Assembly (NCBI RefSeq): GCF_006364715.1
Contig: NZ_CP040984.1
Span: 421,446 to 453,445, forward strand
From: Candidatus Methylopumilus planktonicus
GTDB lineage: Bacteria; Pseudomonadota; Gammaproteobacteria; Burkholderiales; Methylophilaceae
Length of the DNA: 32,000 bases
Direction of reading: 5' to 3'
Shown: piece after piece, positions 1 through 8,069 of the stretch
How positions within the stretch are numbered: the first letter of the stretch is position 1
Layout: each line of letters starts with the position of its first letter
Made by a program: the position numbers and the translations under genes
The notes under the pieces: generated by a model
What the model saw: only the letters and a program-made list of their open reading frames with translations
Databases searched by the model: none
Told to the model about the DNA's origin: nothing

Positions 1-1998
1 TCATTGAAGGAGTTAGGATTAGCTGAAGAAGCTGAAGGTATTTTAGAATTGAGTCATGATTTAAAGAATGGCACTGATTTAAGAGTAGCACTTGATCTTA
101 ATGATCAGATTACGACATTAAAATTAACGCCAAACCGAAGTGATTGTTTAAGTCTATGGGGTGTCGCTCGAGAAGTCGCTGCCATTACCACATCTTCACT
201 TTCACCTATCGCTTATGAAGTGAATCCGATCAAGCAAAGTGAAAAGAAAAATGTTGTTGTTGAAGAAAAATCAGCATGCCCACGATACTGTGGCCGCATC
301 ATTAAGAATGTAGACAATACAAAAACATTACCTGATTGGATGGTATCAAGACTCGAACGCTCCAATATTAAATCAATCAGTCCTATTGTTGATATCACTA
401 ATTATGTGTTGCTTGAAATTGGACAACCACTTCATGCATTCGATCATGACAAATTGCAGGGTGATGTCGTAGTGAGATTTGCCAAGGCTGAAGAGCCTAT
501 TCATTTACTTAATGATACAAAAATTAAATTATCTAAAAAAGATTTGGTCATTGCAGACAGTTCAGGTGTGATTGCATTTGCCGGTGTGATGGGTGGTATG
601 CCATCGTCAGTGACTGAAACTTCTCAAACTATTTTTTTAGAGAGTGCTTTCTTTGATCCTATCGTGATCGCTGGTAAAGCAAGAGCTTATAATTTATCGA
701 CAGATTCATCTTACCGTTTTGAACGAGGCGTTGATTTTGCAAACACACGTCTTGCATTAGAGCGTGCTTCATCTCTTATGATTGAGTATTGTGGTGGTGA
801 GGCAGGTGAGATCACCGAAGTTTTAAATATTTTACCTTCGCGAAACGAAATTCACTTAAGACTGAAAAAATTAAATGCTATTCTAGGTATTGAAGTGCCG
901 AGCCAAGATGTTGAGCGTATTTTTCATCAGTTAGGTTTTGAGGTCAACAAGACAATTGAAGGATTTAAAGTTACACCACCTTCTTATCGATTTGATATTG
1001 CGATTGAAGAAGATCTTATTGAAGAAGTCGTTCGCTTGTATGGTTACGACAAAATACCTTCTCATCAACCTGTCAGCCATCAAACGATGTTACCCACTTC
1101 TGGAGTTTGTCAGCGAGATCTTAAAGAGGCACTCACATCTCGCGGCTTTTATGAAGTAGTGACTTACAGTTTTATTGAAGACGATATTGAGAAATCATTG
1201 CATGGAAATTCGAATCCCATTCAATTACAAAATCCAATTGCAAGCCAAATGTCAACGATGCGATCATCATTATGGGGCAGTCACCTGGAAGTCTTAACTT
1301 ACAATTTAAATCGACAAGTATCACGATTAAATATTTTTGAAATTGCACAAACTTTCCAAGGCACAAAAAAAGATTTTATTGAGACTGAAGTGATATCAGG
1401 ATTAAGTTACGGTAGTTTTATGCCTGAGCAATGGGCTGACAAGATACGTGATATTGATTTTTATGATATCAAAGCCCATGTTGAAGCATTAACATCTAAA
1501 CACCTCGTATTCCAAAAAACTGACAAAACACCTTTAGCCCTTCATCCAGGACAGTCGGCAGAAGTCTTTTTAGAGGGTCAGTCGATAGGTTGGGCGGGTA
1601 AATTACATCCAAAATGGCAGCAACACTTTTCTCTTCCTAAAGCCCCCTTTATCTTTGAATTAAAAATAGAGAAGCTTCTAGAGGATAAAGTGTTTAAATA
1701 CGAAGATATCTCAAAATTCTTACCTGTAAGACGAGATATTGCCGTCGTGGTAGATGAATCAGTTGAAGTAAATTCAATTTTAGATGCAGTGTATAAGGCT
1801 AAAATCCCATTCTTAAATAGGATAGCTTTATTTGATCTTTACCAAGGAAAAGGCATCGCTGAAAACAAAAAAAGTGTTGCATTTCTGATACTTATGCAGG
1901 ATACTTCAAAGACATTAGTTGATAGTGAAGCTGATTCTTCCGTATCAAAAATCGTTGAATTACTTGAAAAACAATTTGGCGCAATGCTCCGCAACTAA
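1..1998 (+). CDS. pheT: phenylalanine--tRNA ligase beta subunit, C-terminal 664 aa (5' end lies outside the window)
   Basis: The frame is open from the window edge. B3/B4, B5 and C-terminal anticodon-binding-like regions are recognisable. ihfA follows directly, as in the conserved pheST-ihfA arrangement. Confidence 0.95.
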   Translation, partial: SLKELGLAEEAEGILELSHDLKNGTDLRVALDLNDQITTLKLTPNRSDCLSLWGVAREVAAITTSSLSPIAYEVNPIKQSEKKNVVVEEKSACPRYCGRIIKNVDNTKTLPDWMVSRLERSNIKSISPIVDITNYVLLEIGQPLHAFDHDKLQGDVVVRFAKAEEPIHLLNDTKIKLSKKDLVIADSSGVIAFAGVMGGMPSSVTETSQTIFLESAFFDPIVIAGKARAYNLSTDSSYRFERGVDFANTRLALERASSLMIEYCGGEAGEITEVLNILPSRNEIHLRLKKLNAILGIEVPSQDVERIFHQLGFEVNKTIEGFKVTPPSYRFDIAIEEDLIEEVVRLYGYDKIPSHQPVSHQTMLPTSGVCQRDLKEALTSRGFYEVVTYSFIEDDIEKSLHGNSNPIQLQNPIASQMSTMRSSLWGSHLEVLTYNLNRQVSRLNIFEIAQTFQGTKKDFIETEVISGLSYGSFMPEQWADKIRDIDFYDIKAHVEALTSKHLVFQKTDKTPLALHPGQSAEVFLEGQSIGWAGKLHPKWQQHFSLPKAPFIFELKIEKLLEDKVFKYEDISKFLPVRRDIAVVVDESVEVNSILDAVYKAKIPFLNRIALFDLYQGKGIAENKKSVAFLILMQDTSKTLVDSEADSSVSKIVELLEKQFGAMLRN

Positions 1999-2033
1999 TC
2001 CCATATTTAATACCGAATTAAAAGTAGGCCGTT

Positions 2034-2336
2034 ATGACATTAACTAAAGCAGATTTATCTGAAATTCTATTTGACCGCGTAGGTTTAAATAAGCGTGAAG
2101 CCAAAGATATGGTTGAAGCTTTTTTTGAAGAAATTCGCAACGCACTGGAAAATGGCGACAGTATCAAACTATCTGGTTTTGGCAATTTTGAACTAAGAAA
2201 AAAATCAGAAAGACCAGGCCGCAATCCTAAAACGGGTGAAGAGATTCCAATCAAAGCAAGACGTGTGGTTACTTTTCACGCAAGCCAAAAACTAAAAAGC
2301 AATGTAGAAGAGAACTACTCTGGAAAGAAAGCTTAA
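2034..2336 (+). CDS. ihfA: integration host factor alpha subunit
   Basis: 100 aa with the IHF/HU arm signature [26 protein letters not shown]. It sits directly after pheT. Confidence 0.95.
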   Translation: MTLTKADLSEILFDRVGLNKREAKDMVEAFFEEIRNALENGDSIKLSGFGNFELRKKSERPGRNPKTGEEIPIKARRVVTFHASQKLKSNVEENYSGKKA

Positions 2337-2760
2337 ATCCCCCGTCTTACCTGAAATACCTTCAAAGAGATATTTTGCAATTGGAGAGGTAAGTGAGCTT
2401 TGTCTCGTCAAAGCGCATGTGTTGCGATATTGGGAGCAGGAGTTTGATCAGCTTAAAGATGTCAAGCGACGTGGCAATCGACGTTATTATCAATTACCTG
2501 AAGTTCTTCTCATTCGTAAAATTAGAGAGCTTCTGCATGACGAAGGTTTTACTATTCAAGGCGCTAAACAGCGACTGAGTGATAAAAATTTTGTTAAAGA
2601 AGTAAAGCAAGCTGAGCCACCTAAAGAGCTTCAAGTGACTAAACAGGGTCAAGTGGAGTTGCCTTTAGAGAATCTCAATCAATCCAATTCTCTTGCCGGC
2701 CTTAATTTAAAGTCGATTAAAGACGAATTGCTCAGTATCATAGATCTGCTTAAAAAGTAA
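2320..2760 (+). CDS. MerR-family transcriptional regulator (start codon uncertain)
   Basis: The frame reads [39 protein letters not shown], a MerR-type HTH as found in the gene after ihfA in Betaproteobacteria. The ORF-track start (GTG 2419) would cut this HTH. The frame is open back to a stop at 2305-2307 but has no ATG/GTG/TTG, so CTG 2320 or ATT 2380 are the candidate starts. Confidence 0.7.
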   Translation: MERKLKSPVLPEIPSKRYFAIGEVSELCLVKAHVLRYWEQEFDQLKDVKRRGNRRYYQLPEVLLIRKIRELLHDEGFTIQGAKQRLSDKNFVKEVKQAEPPKELQVTKQGQVELPLENLNQSNSLAGLNLKSIKDELLSIIDLLKK

Positions 2761-2780
2761 TTCATCATTGTTTTAATTTT

Positions 2781-2857
2781 CGGGGCGTAGCGCAGCCTGG
2801 TAGCGTACTTGCATGGGGTGCAAGGGGTCGTGAGTTCGAATCTCACCGCTCCGACCA
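2781..2857 (+). tRNA. tRNA-Pro (anticodon GGG)
   Basis: 77-nt cloverleaf read by eye: acceptor CGGGGCG/CGCTCCG, anticodon stem CTTGC/GCAAG with loop AT-GGG-GT, T arm GTGAG-TTCGAAT-CTCAC, and an encoded CCA. Confidence 0.93.
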
Positions 2858-3020
2858 ATTAAAGCGATGAATTAGTTTTCAAAAATAGATTTCTTAGCCT
2901 TATAATTTTCATACATCATTTTTAAGCCTATTAAATTTTATCAGGTGGCCCATTATAAAATCCAATCAATCCTCTAAAAACAAAAGCACACACCATCGAA
3001 ATGGTTCGATATTAAATACG

Positions 3021-4238
3021 TTGTGGGTGAGCTTTTTCTTTATTGCTTTATTAAGTGCAATATGGAGATGGGTGGGTCAAGGTAACGCTGAAGTTTTTGC
3101 TCACATGTTGGATAGCCTTTTCTCCATGGCAAAGTTATCCGTTGAAGTGATGGTATTACTTTTTGGAACACTGACTCTTTGGCTAGGTTTTTTAAAGATT
3201 GCTGAACACGCAGGTTTAGTTGAAAAGATAGCATCTTGGCTTTCACCACTTTTTAGACGACTCATGCCCGAGGTTCCTAAAAATCACCCAGCTACAGGTC
3301 TTATCACCATGAATTTTATTGCAAATGGATTAGGTCTTGATAATGCTGCGACACCTATTGGGTTAAAAGCGATGCGATCATTGCAATCACTTAATCCGAC
3401 ACCAAAAATTGCAAGTAATGCACAGATTCTTTTTTTAGTTATGAATGCTTCATCACTTACCTTACTTCCCGTATCAATTTTTATGTATCGTGCACAGCAA
3501 GGTGCGGTAGATCCCACACTCGTATTTTTACCTATTCTTTTAGCGACAAGTGCTTCTACCATGGCCGGCTTCTTCTCAGTTGCTTTCGCTCAGCGAATTA
3601 AATTAAATGACCCGGTAGTCATAACATGGATGTTAGCAATTGCGACTTTATTAAGTACGTTTATCTTATTTTTAAGCCACTTATCAGTAGCGGCATTAGG
3701 TGCATTCTCATCTCTCTTAGGCAATGCTGTCCTTTTCGGATTGATTATTACTTTTCTACTAATAGGTATTTTAAAACGTGTGCCAGTCTACGAGTCATTC
3801 ATTGAGGGTGCTAAAGAAGGTTTTGATGTCTCTAAAAATTTACTGCCTTACCTAGTTGCGATGTTATGTGCAGTCGGTGTTCTCCGAGCATCAGGTGCGC
3901 TTGATGTTGTATTAGATATGATTCGTTATCTAGCGACTAGTTTTAACTGGGATACGCGTTTTGTAGATGCATTACCTACAGCACTTGTGAAACCATTTTC
4001 TGGAAGTGCCGCAAGAGCTATGCTCATTGATACTATGACAACACATGGTGTGGATAGCTTTCCGTCACTTTTAGCAGCAACTGTACAAGGCAGTACTGAA
4101 ACTACTTTTTATGTTTTAGCAGTTTATTTTGGTGCAGTTGGTATTCAGCGTGCACGACATGCAGTTACTTGCGCATTGTTTGCAGACCTTGTGGGCGTCT
4201 TAGCATCTATTGCTGTTTGTTATTGGTTTTTTGGATAA
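3021..4238 (+). CDS. nucleoside-recognition (Gate) domain membrane protein, SpmA/SpmB-like fusion
   Basis: 405 aa and polytopic. The segment GLGLDNAATPIGLKAMRSLQ resembles the SpmA-type Gate domain. The start is a TTG/GTG cluster at 3021-3029 and is uncertain. Confidence 0.7.
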   Translation: MWVSFFFIALLSAIWRWVGQGNAEVFAHMLDSLFSMAKLSVEVMVLLFGTLTLWLGFLKIAEHAGLVEKIASWLSPLFRRLMPEVPKNHPATGLITMNFIANGLGLDNAATPIGLKAMRSLQSLNPTPKIASNAQILFLVMNASSLTLLPVSIFMYRAQQGAVDPTLVFLPILLATSASTMAGFFSVAFAQRIKLNDPVVITWMLAIATLLSTFILFLSHLSVAALGAFSSLLGNAVLFGLIITFLLIGILKRVPVYESFIEGAKEGFDVSKNLLPYLVAMLCAVGVLRASGALDVVLDMIRYLATSFNWDTRFVDALPTALVKPFSGSAARAMLIDTMTTHGVDSFPSLLAATVQGSTETTFYVLAVYFGAVGIQRARHAVTCALFADLVGVLASIAVCYWFFG

Positions 4239-4257
4239 AATTATTTAATAGGGATAA

Positions 4258-4557
4258 ATGATGTATACATTCATGATGATTATGTATGGCGGTATTTTGT
4301 TTTTAATAGCTGCTTTTTCTCTCGCATTCCTTTCTTGGAAAATTTATCAAAAAAATAAAAAAAGTGAGCACTTAAAAAATTTATATTGGGCCCGCGTTAT
4401 TTCAGCAATCCTTTTAACTCCCTATATTTTTTTCCAATATATATTTTCTGATCTGACCTATCTTCCGATCAGAATTGCCTTTGTAGTTTTTTCTTTTATC
4501 ATTCTTTATCTCCTTGTAAGAAGATGGGGCAAAGTTGCGATAACAAAACGTAAATGA
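4258..4557 (+). CDS. small integral membrane protein
   Basis: 99 aa with three hydrophobic helices. Its stop overlaps the next start (ATGA). Confidence 0.5.
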   Translation: MMYTFMMIMYGGILFLIAAFSLAFLSWKIYQKNKKSEHLKNLYWARVISAILLTPYIFFQYIFSDLTYLPIRIAFVVFSFIILYLLVRRWGKVAITKRK

Positions 4558-4823
4558 TTACCGTTAAATTAATTAAGGGATCCGATTTTGAAGTAATGGT
4601 TGAATCGAAGTCAATTACTCATCATAAGGTTCATGTCTCAAATGATTTCTACAAACTATTAACTGATGGCAAGTTTTCTTGCGAATATTTAATTCAAGTG
4701 TCCTTTGAATTTTTGTTAGAGCGAGAATCGAATAACTCCATACTTTCTCAGTTTGATTTAAAGGTCATTTCTCACTATTTCCCCGAGTATGAAAAAGAGA
4801 TTAAGAAGCGGCTGAAGGCCTAA
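4554..4823 (+). CDS. conserved hypothetical protein
   Basis: 89 aa. The motif SFEFLLERESNNSILSQFDLKVISHYFPEYEKEIKKRL resembles a widespread uncharacterised family. It is translationally coupled to 4258..4557. Confidence 0.6.
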   Translation: MITVKLIKGSDFEVMVESKSITHHKVHVSNDFYKLLTDGKFSCEYLIQVSFEFLLERESNNSILSQFDLKVISHYFPEYEKEIKKRLKA

Positions 4824-4871
4824 GCTTTCGTATACAATAATCATTTAATCAACCAATTAAAGAGGCGATAT

Positions 4872-4940
4872 ATGGGCAGTAAAGATAAAAGAAAAGAATC
4901 TAAAGGTAAAAAACCACAACCTAAACCAGCTAAGGTTTAA
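4872..4940 (+). CDS. possible 22-aa Lys-rich peptide MGSKDKRKESKGKKPQPKPAKV
   Basis: Not in the ORF track because it is shorter than 60 aa. A good SD (AAGAGG) lies 8 nt upstream of the ATG. There is no other support. Confidence 0.3.
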   Translation: MGSKDKRKESKGKKPQPKPAKV

Positions 4941-5111
4941 TTTTATAACCTATTGATTTATATAGTTTTTTTGTAATTATCCCGGTTTAGTGTCATTTCT
5001 CTCATGATTTTCATTAGATCTCATTCATGATCCTCAAGGTGTTTACTTTTTAAGTCCGAGTAGTATTACGTTTAAGTACTTTCTCATTAACTTAATAAAA
5101 GGATCAACATC

Positions 5112-5183
5112 ATGTGGACAACTCCAGCTGCTACTGAAATGCGTTTCGGTTTCGAAGTTACAATGTATGTAATGAATAAATAA
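5112..5183 (+). CDS. pqqA: coenzyme PQQ precursor peptide
   Basis: Not in the ORF track. The 23-aa product MWTTPAATEMRFGFEVTMYVMNK carries the PqqA signature E-x3-Y (EVTMY) in a W..P...E...G.EVT.Y context. An SD (AAGGA) lies 8 nt upstream and an intrinsic terminator follows. Confidence 0.85.
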   Translation: MWTTPAATEMRFGFEVTMYVMNK

Positions 5184-5200
5184 TTATTCAGATTTAATAA

Positions 5201-5227
5201 AAAAGCCCGCTTAATGCGGGCTTTTTT
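5201..5227. terminator. bidirectional intrinsic terminator between pqqA and the convergent oxidoreductase gene
   Basis: Stem GCCCGC (5205-5210) / GCGGGC (5216-5221) with loop TTAAT. An A-run lies on one side and T6 on the other. Confidence 0.8.
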
Positions 5228-5240
5228 GTTTTTAATCATT

Positions 5241-6245
5241 TTAAAAATTAACCCAGGCTTTTGTTTTAATGGAGGCTTGAATTGCTTCTAATGTTTTTGT
5301 ATTCCAAAGCGCATCAACTAGAGAAAGTTTGGGCGCAGTGTTATTAATGATGCATTGATTAAAATGATCTATTTCAAGTGTAAAGTGATTAGCTTTTTCA
5401 ATACGCTCATTCTTTGAGCCATCTGCATCTGTTGTCATGGTTAATTGTGCCTCATCATTTTCATGTTGCCATACGGTATGACACATCAACTTCCCTTTAG
5501 ACCCAAAGACTTCAAATTGAGAGCGTCTCACACATTCAAAGCTAATATCAAATTGCGCACGTCGATTCAGACCAAAATCAATCATGCCCGAAGTAGTTAA
5601 ATCTGCCCCATGATCGTTAAGATGGCTTGTTGCAACAACTGATAAGGGGTTCTGATCAAAGCATTGTCGAATCGTATGAATAGCATAGGGTCCAATGTCC
5701 CAGAGAGCGCCACCACCATTTTCAATTGATCGATCGATACGATAAAAACGTGCAGGCTGGATTGGAAAAGAAAACATTGAATGCACATACTGAACATCAC
5801 CTAACAATCCTGAACTAATGATTTCTTTTATACGATCAAACTGTGGATGAAAGACATACATAAAACCTTCCATCACTTTGACATGATTTTTATCAGCCGC
5901 CTCCTGAATTAATTCAACTTCTTTTGAATGAAGCGTGATCGGCTTTTCTATGAGCACATGTTTTTTTTTATTGATTGCTTTAAGAGCGGGCTCAGTATGC
6001 TCTTCGTTCGAAAGTGGGATATAAATAGCGTCTATATCAGGATGATTAATTACTTCATCTAATGAATTGAAGGTTTGAACTTTGCCTACAAGTGCGGGCT
6101 GGTATTTTTCCAAGCATTCTGCTGCTGCATTCTGCCTCCTACTTCCAATAGCAACGAGCTCACCAAAAGGACTATTAGCAATAGCTGGAAGAAGGCGTTC
6201 ATTGACTCGCGCAGCTCCTAGAATGCCCCAACGCACTTTTTTCAT
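5241..6245 (-). CDS. Gfo/Idh/MocA family oxidoreductase
   Basis: 334 aa. The N-terminal Rossmann motif is VRWGILGAARVNERLLPAI, with EKP in LIEKPITL typical of the family. Confidence 0.88.
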   Translation of the reverse strand: MKKVRWGILGAARVNERLLPAIANSPFGELVAIGSRRQNAAAECLEKYQPALVGKVQTFNSLDEVINHPDIDAIYIPLSNEEHTEPALKAINKKKHVLIEKPITLHSKEVELIQEAADKNHVKVMEGFMYVFHPQFDRIKEIISSGLLGDVQYVHSMFSFPIQPARFYRIDRSIENGGGALWDIGPYAIHTIRQCFDQNPLSVVATSHLNDHGADLTTSGMIDFGLNRRAQFDISFECVRRSQFEVFGSKGKLMCHTVWQHENDEAQLTMTTDADGSKNERIEKANHFTLEIDHFNQCIINNTAPKLSLVDALWNTKTLEAIQASIKTKAWVNF

Positions 6246-6364
6246 TTTTATAATCTTAAATTAAACGATGTTTTATTATGATCAGCCTTTAGTTAATAAA
6301 CAAGCCATCATTTCTAAGTAGTTTCAGGTTGAGAAAAGAGTTATTAAATGAGATCATTTGACCC

Positions 6365-6745
6365 ATGAAATTTATAATTCTCTTCTCATTTCTTTTCCCT
6401 ATTAAGTCTTTTGCTGATTGGTCTTTAATTCATCAAGATGATGCTGATCATTACATGGATTATGCGCTGATGAGTAAAAATGGGCATAAAGCGAGAGTCT
6501 GGTATTTACAAAATTATGCCGAAATTCAGGCTATTAAAAATATCCAATATCGATCTATTAAAAATAGATCGGAGTTTGATTGTAAAACTCGAAAAATGAG
6601 AATTCTAGCTTATGCTTTGTACCCAGAACCTATGGGCCAGGGCCATGCTTTATTTAATAAAGGGGAGGCGCTCGATTGGCAGGCTGTTAAACCTAAAACG
6701 CTTAATGATTTATATTTAAAACGTGTCTGCAACAAAAAGAAATAG
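6365..6745 (+). CDS. secreted protein, surface-adhesin-E-like
   Basis: 126 aa with signal peptide MKFIILFSFLFPIKSFA. The pattern W.L...YMD...(S)EFDC..RKMRIL...P.G.G...W..V...VC resembles the adhesin E family. Confidence 0.55.
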   Translation: MKFIILFSFLFPIKSFADWSLIHQDDADHYMDYALMSKNGHKARVWYLQNYAEIQAIKNIQYRSIKNRSEFDCKTRKMRILAYALYPEPMGQGHALFNKGEALDWQAVKPKTLNDLYLKRVCNKKK

Positions 6746-6749
6746 AGTT

Positions 6750-7064
6750 TTATTTACGTCCGCGTTTAGGTAATACAACACCAAGTCTTTGAGCAGCCAT
6801 TTCATTATTACCTTCTGAGTCTGCTAAAACCCATCCAGTCATAAACATACGTGTCATATATTGTCTGTTGTATAAAAAAGCCACAATAACCTGCCATAGT
6901 CCCAGTGTGATAATTGAAAAAAGCATATGAAGAGCTGCAACACCTAATTCACCTCTAAAAAGCGGGACAAACCAACCAAAAAAAAGATAGGTCCAACTAA
7001 AGCCATAGTAACCAATTTTGATCATGCCCGAATTTGGATGTTTAATAATTACGGCAGTAGCCAT
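6750..7064 (-). CDS. small membrane protein (two TM helices)
   Basis: The track ORF (6750..7160) runs into the tRNA-Lys gene. The internal ATG at 7064 (MATAVIIKH...) has an AGGAA SD 6 nt upstream and avoids the overlap. Confidence 0.65.
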   Translation of the reverse strand: MATAVIIKHPNSGMIKIGYYGFSWTYLFFGWFVPLFRGELGVAALHMLFSIITLGLWQVIVAFLYNRQYMTRMFMTGWVLADSEGNNEMAAQRLGVVLPKRGRK

Positions 7065-7127
7065 TGTTGTTCCTTGGTTTAGAAGGTTAAATTTTAATAG
7101 AGATTGCGAGAAAAAAACTAATATTAA

Positions 7128-7203
7128 TGGTGGGGGATGCGAGGGTCGAACTCGCGACAAACGGATTAAGAGTCCGCTGCTCTACCAGCTGAGCTAATCC
7201 CCC
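7128..7203 (-). tRNA. tRNA-Lys (anticodon CUU), the only intact copy
   Basis: The reverse complement reads GGGGGATTAGCTCAGCTGGTAGAGCAGCGGACTCTTAATCCGTTTGTCGCGAGTTCGACCCTCGCATCCCCCACCA. It forms a 76-nt cloverleaf with anticodon loop CT-CTT-AA and an encoded CCA. Confidence 0.93.
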
Positions 7204-7290
7204 AGAAAAGAACATTTTACAGTATTTGTGGGGGTTGTAGAGGGGGTAGGATTGGGGATTTTGTTGGGGCTGGAATAGGGGTGTGTTAGG
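7166..7290 (-). repeat. repeat unit copy 1: tRNA-Lys positions 1-38 plus about 87 nt of G-rich (plus strand) leader
   Basis: Matches 8525-8650, 9298-9370 and 15515-15640 in direct orientation. All copies keep CAGAAA..ATTTTACAGTA next to the tRNA 5' end (TAAAAT on the tRNA strand, a likely -10). Confidence 0.85.
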
Positions 7291-7303
7291 AAATCACCAA
7301 TAG

Positions 7304-7333
7304 TTGACAACATTGGGGGGGGGTAGATATTAT
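7304..7333 (+). promoter_or_regulatory. sigma70-type promoter TTGACA-N18-TATTAT with a G9 homopolymer in the spacer
   Basis: TTGACA at 7304-7309, G9 at 7315-7323 and TATTAT at 7328-7333. It lies upstream of the 7410 HTH gene. Confidence 0.6.
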
Positions 7334-7364
7334 CTACATGCACTGTAAAAGTGCACATTGTGAT

Positions 7365-7389
7365 GCCTATTTTGATATAGGCTTATTTT
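7365..7389 (+). terminator. weak terminator-like hairpin in the leader of the 7410 gene
   Basis: Stem GCCTAT (7365-7370) / ATAGGC (7377-7382) followed by TTATTTT. It is preceded by a second hairpin TGCAC-N7-GTGCA (7339-7355). Confidence 0.4.
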
Positions 7390-7409
7390 AACCTTATCTC
7401 ATTTTTAGC

Positions 7410-7676
7410 ATGGATAATTTTGAATATAACTTTGAGCTATTAAAAGCTACACGCTTAAGTAAAAAAATCTCAGCGCAAAGTATGGCTGCTGATTTATGTT
7501 TGGCTGAACGTCAAATCATTTCTATCGAAGAAAATAGCGTTCAATATTTTCCTTCTAAATCTCTTAAATACACCAGCTTAAAAAAATACATAGCAGCACT
7601 TGGTTTAAAAAATGAGGATGTCATCTTCAATTTTAATGAAGTTGACCCCACCCCAAGTTTGTTAAAGAAGCCATAG
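7410..7676 (+). CDS. RodZ-N-terminal-like (HTH_25-type) DNA-binding protein, paralog 1
   Basis: 88 aa with the pattern LLK.TR..K.IS....A..L.L...QI..IEEN....FP......LKKYIAALGL. It is paralogous to 17498..17764 and 20450..20836. Confidence 0.7.
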   Translation: MDNFEYNFELLKATRLSKKISAQSMAADLCLAERQIISIEENSVQYFPSKSLKYTSLKKYIAALGLKNEDVIFNFNEVDPTPSLLKKP

Positions 7677-7679
7677 AGT

Positions 7680-8069
7680 ATGCGAGCATTTGGTAATCTA
7701 TTCATTATTTTAAGTATTTTCACCTCAATACTCTTTGGACTTGAGTATTTTTCTGAAGCTACAATTGTGTTCTTAGCAGTTCTTCTGTATCTCACAGGGC
7801 ATTATGTGAGGCATAATTTTACCTATCGCAATTTTAAGATAAGCAGGCGATCAAAACCTTTTTTTGAATCAATATTAAAAAATACAATACAAGCCATTGC
7901 CTATGTAACTATCTTCATTTTTGTAGGCTACATACTCCTAAAAATCTCAAAAACTGATTTTTATCTAAATAATCTCCAAAGTTTGATGCAAAGCTCTATT
8001 GATGTAATCAATGAAATAATCAGATTTTGGATTAACTTACCTAGTCAATTAATGAAGTATGGACAATAA
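7680..8069 (+). CDS. membrane protein (variable middle gene of cassette 1)
   Basis: 129 aa with three hydrophobic helices. It starts 3 nt after the previous stop and overlaps the next gene by 11 nt. Confidence 0.55.
   Translation: MRAFGNLFIILSIFTSILFGLEYFSEATIVFLAVLLYLTGHYVRHNFTYRNFKISRRSKPFFESILKNTIQAIAYVTIFIFVGYILLKISKTDFYLNNLQSLMQSSIDVINEIIRFWINLPSQLMKYGQ

Noticed and set aside
4258-4823. The overlapping small gene pair (ATGA junction) as a toxin-antitoxin module.
   Set aside because: The first product is a plain three-TM membrane protein and the second matches a widespread conserved hypothetical family. Neither shows toxin or antitoxin motifs, and the pair sits in a core-like context.
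6750-7160. The full-length track ORF extends across the 3' part of tRNA-Lys.
   Set aside because: The first 32 codons overlap the tRNA gene and its flank. The internal ATG at 7064 has a good SD and yields the compact two-TM protein.
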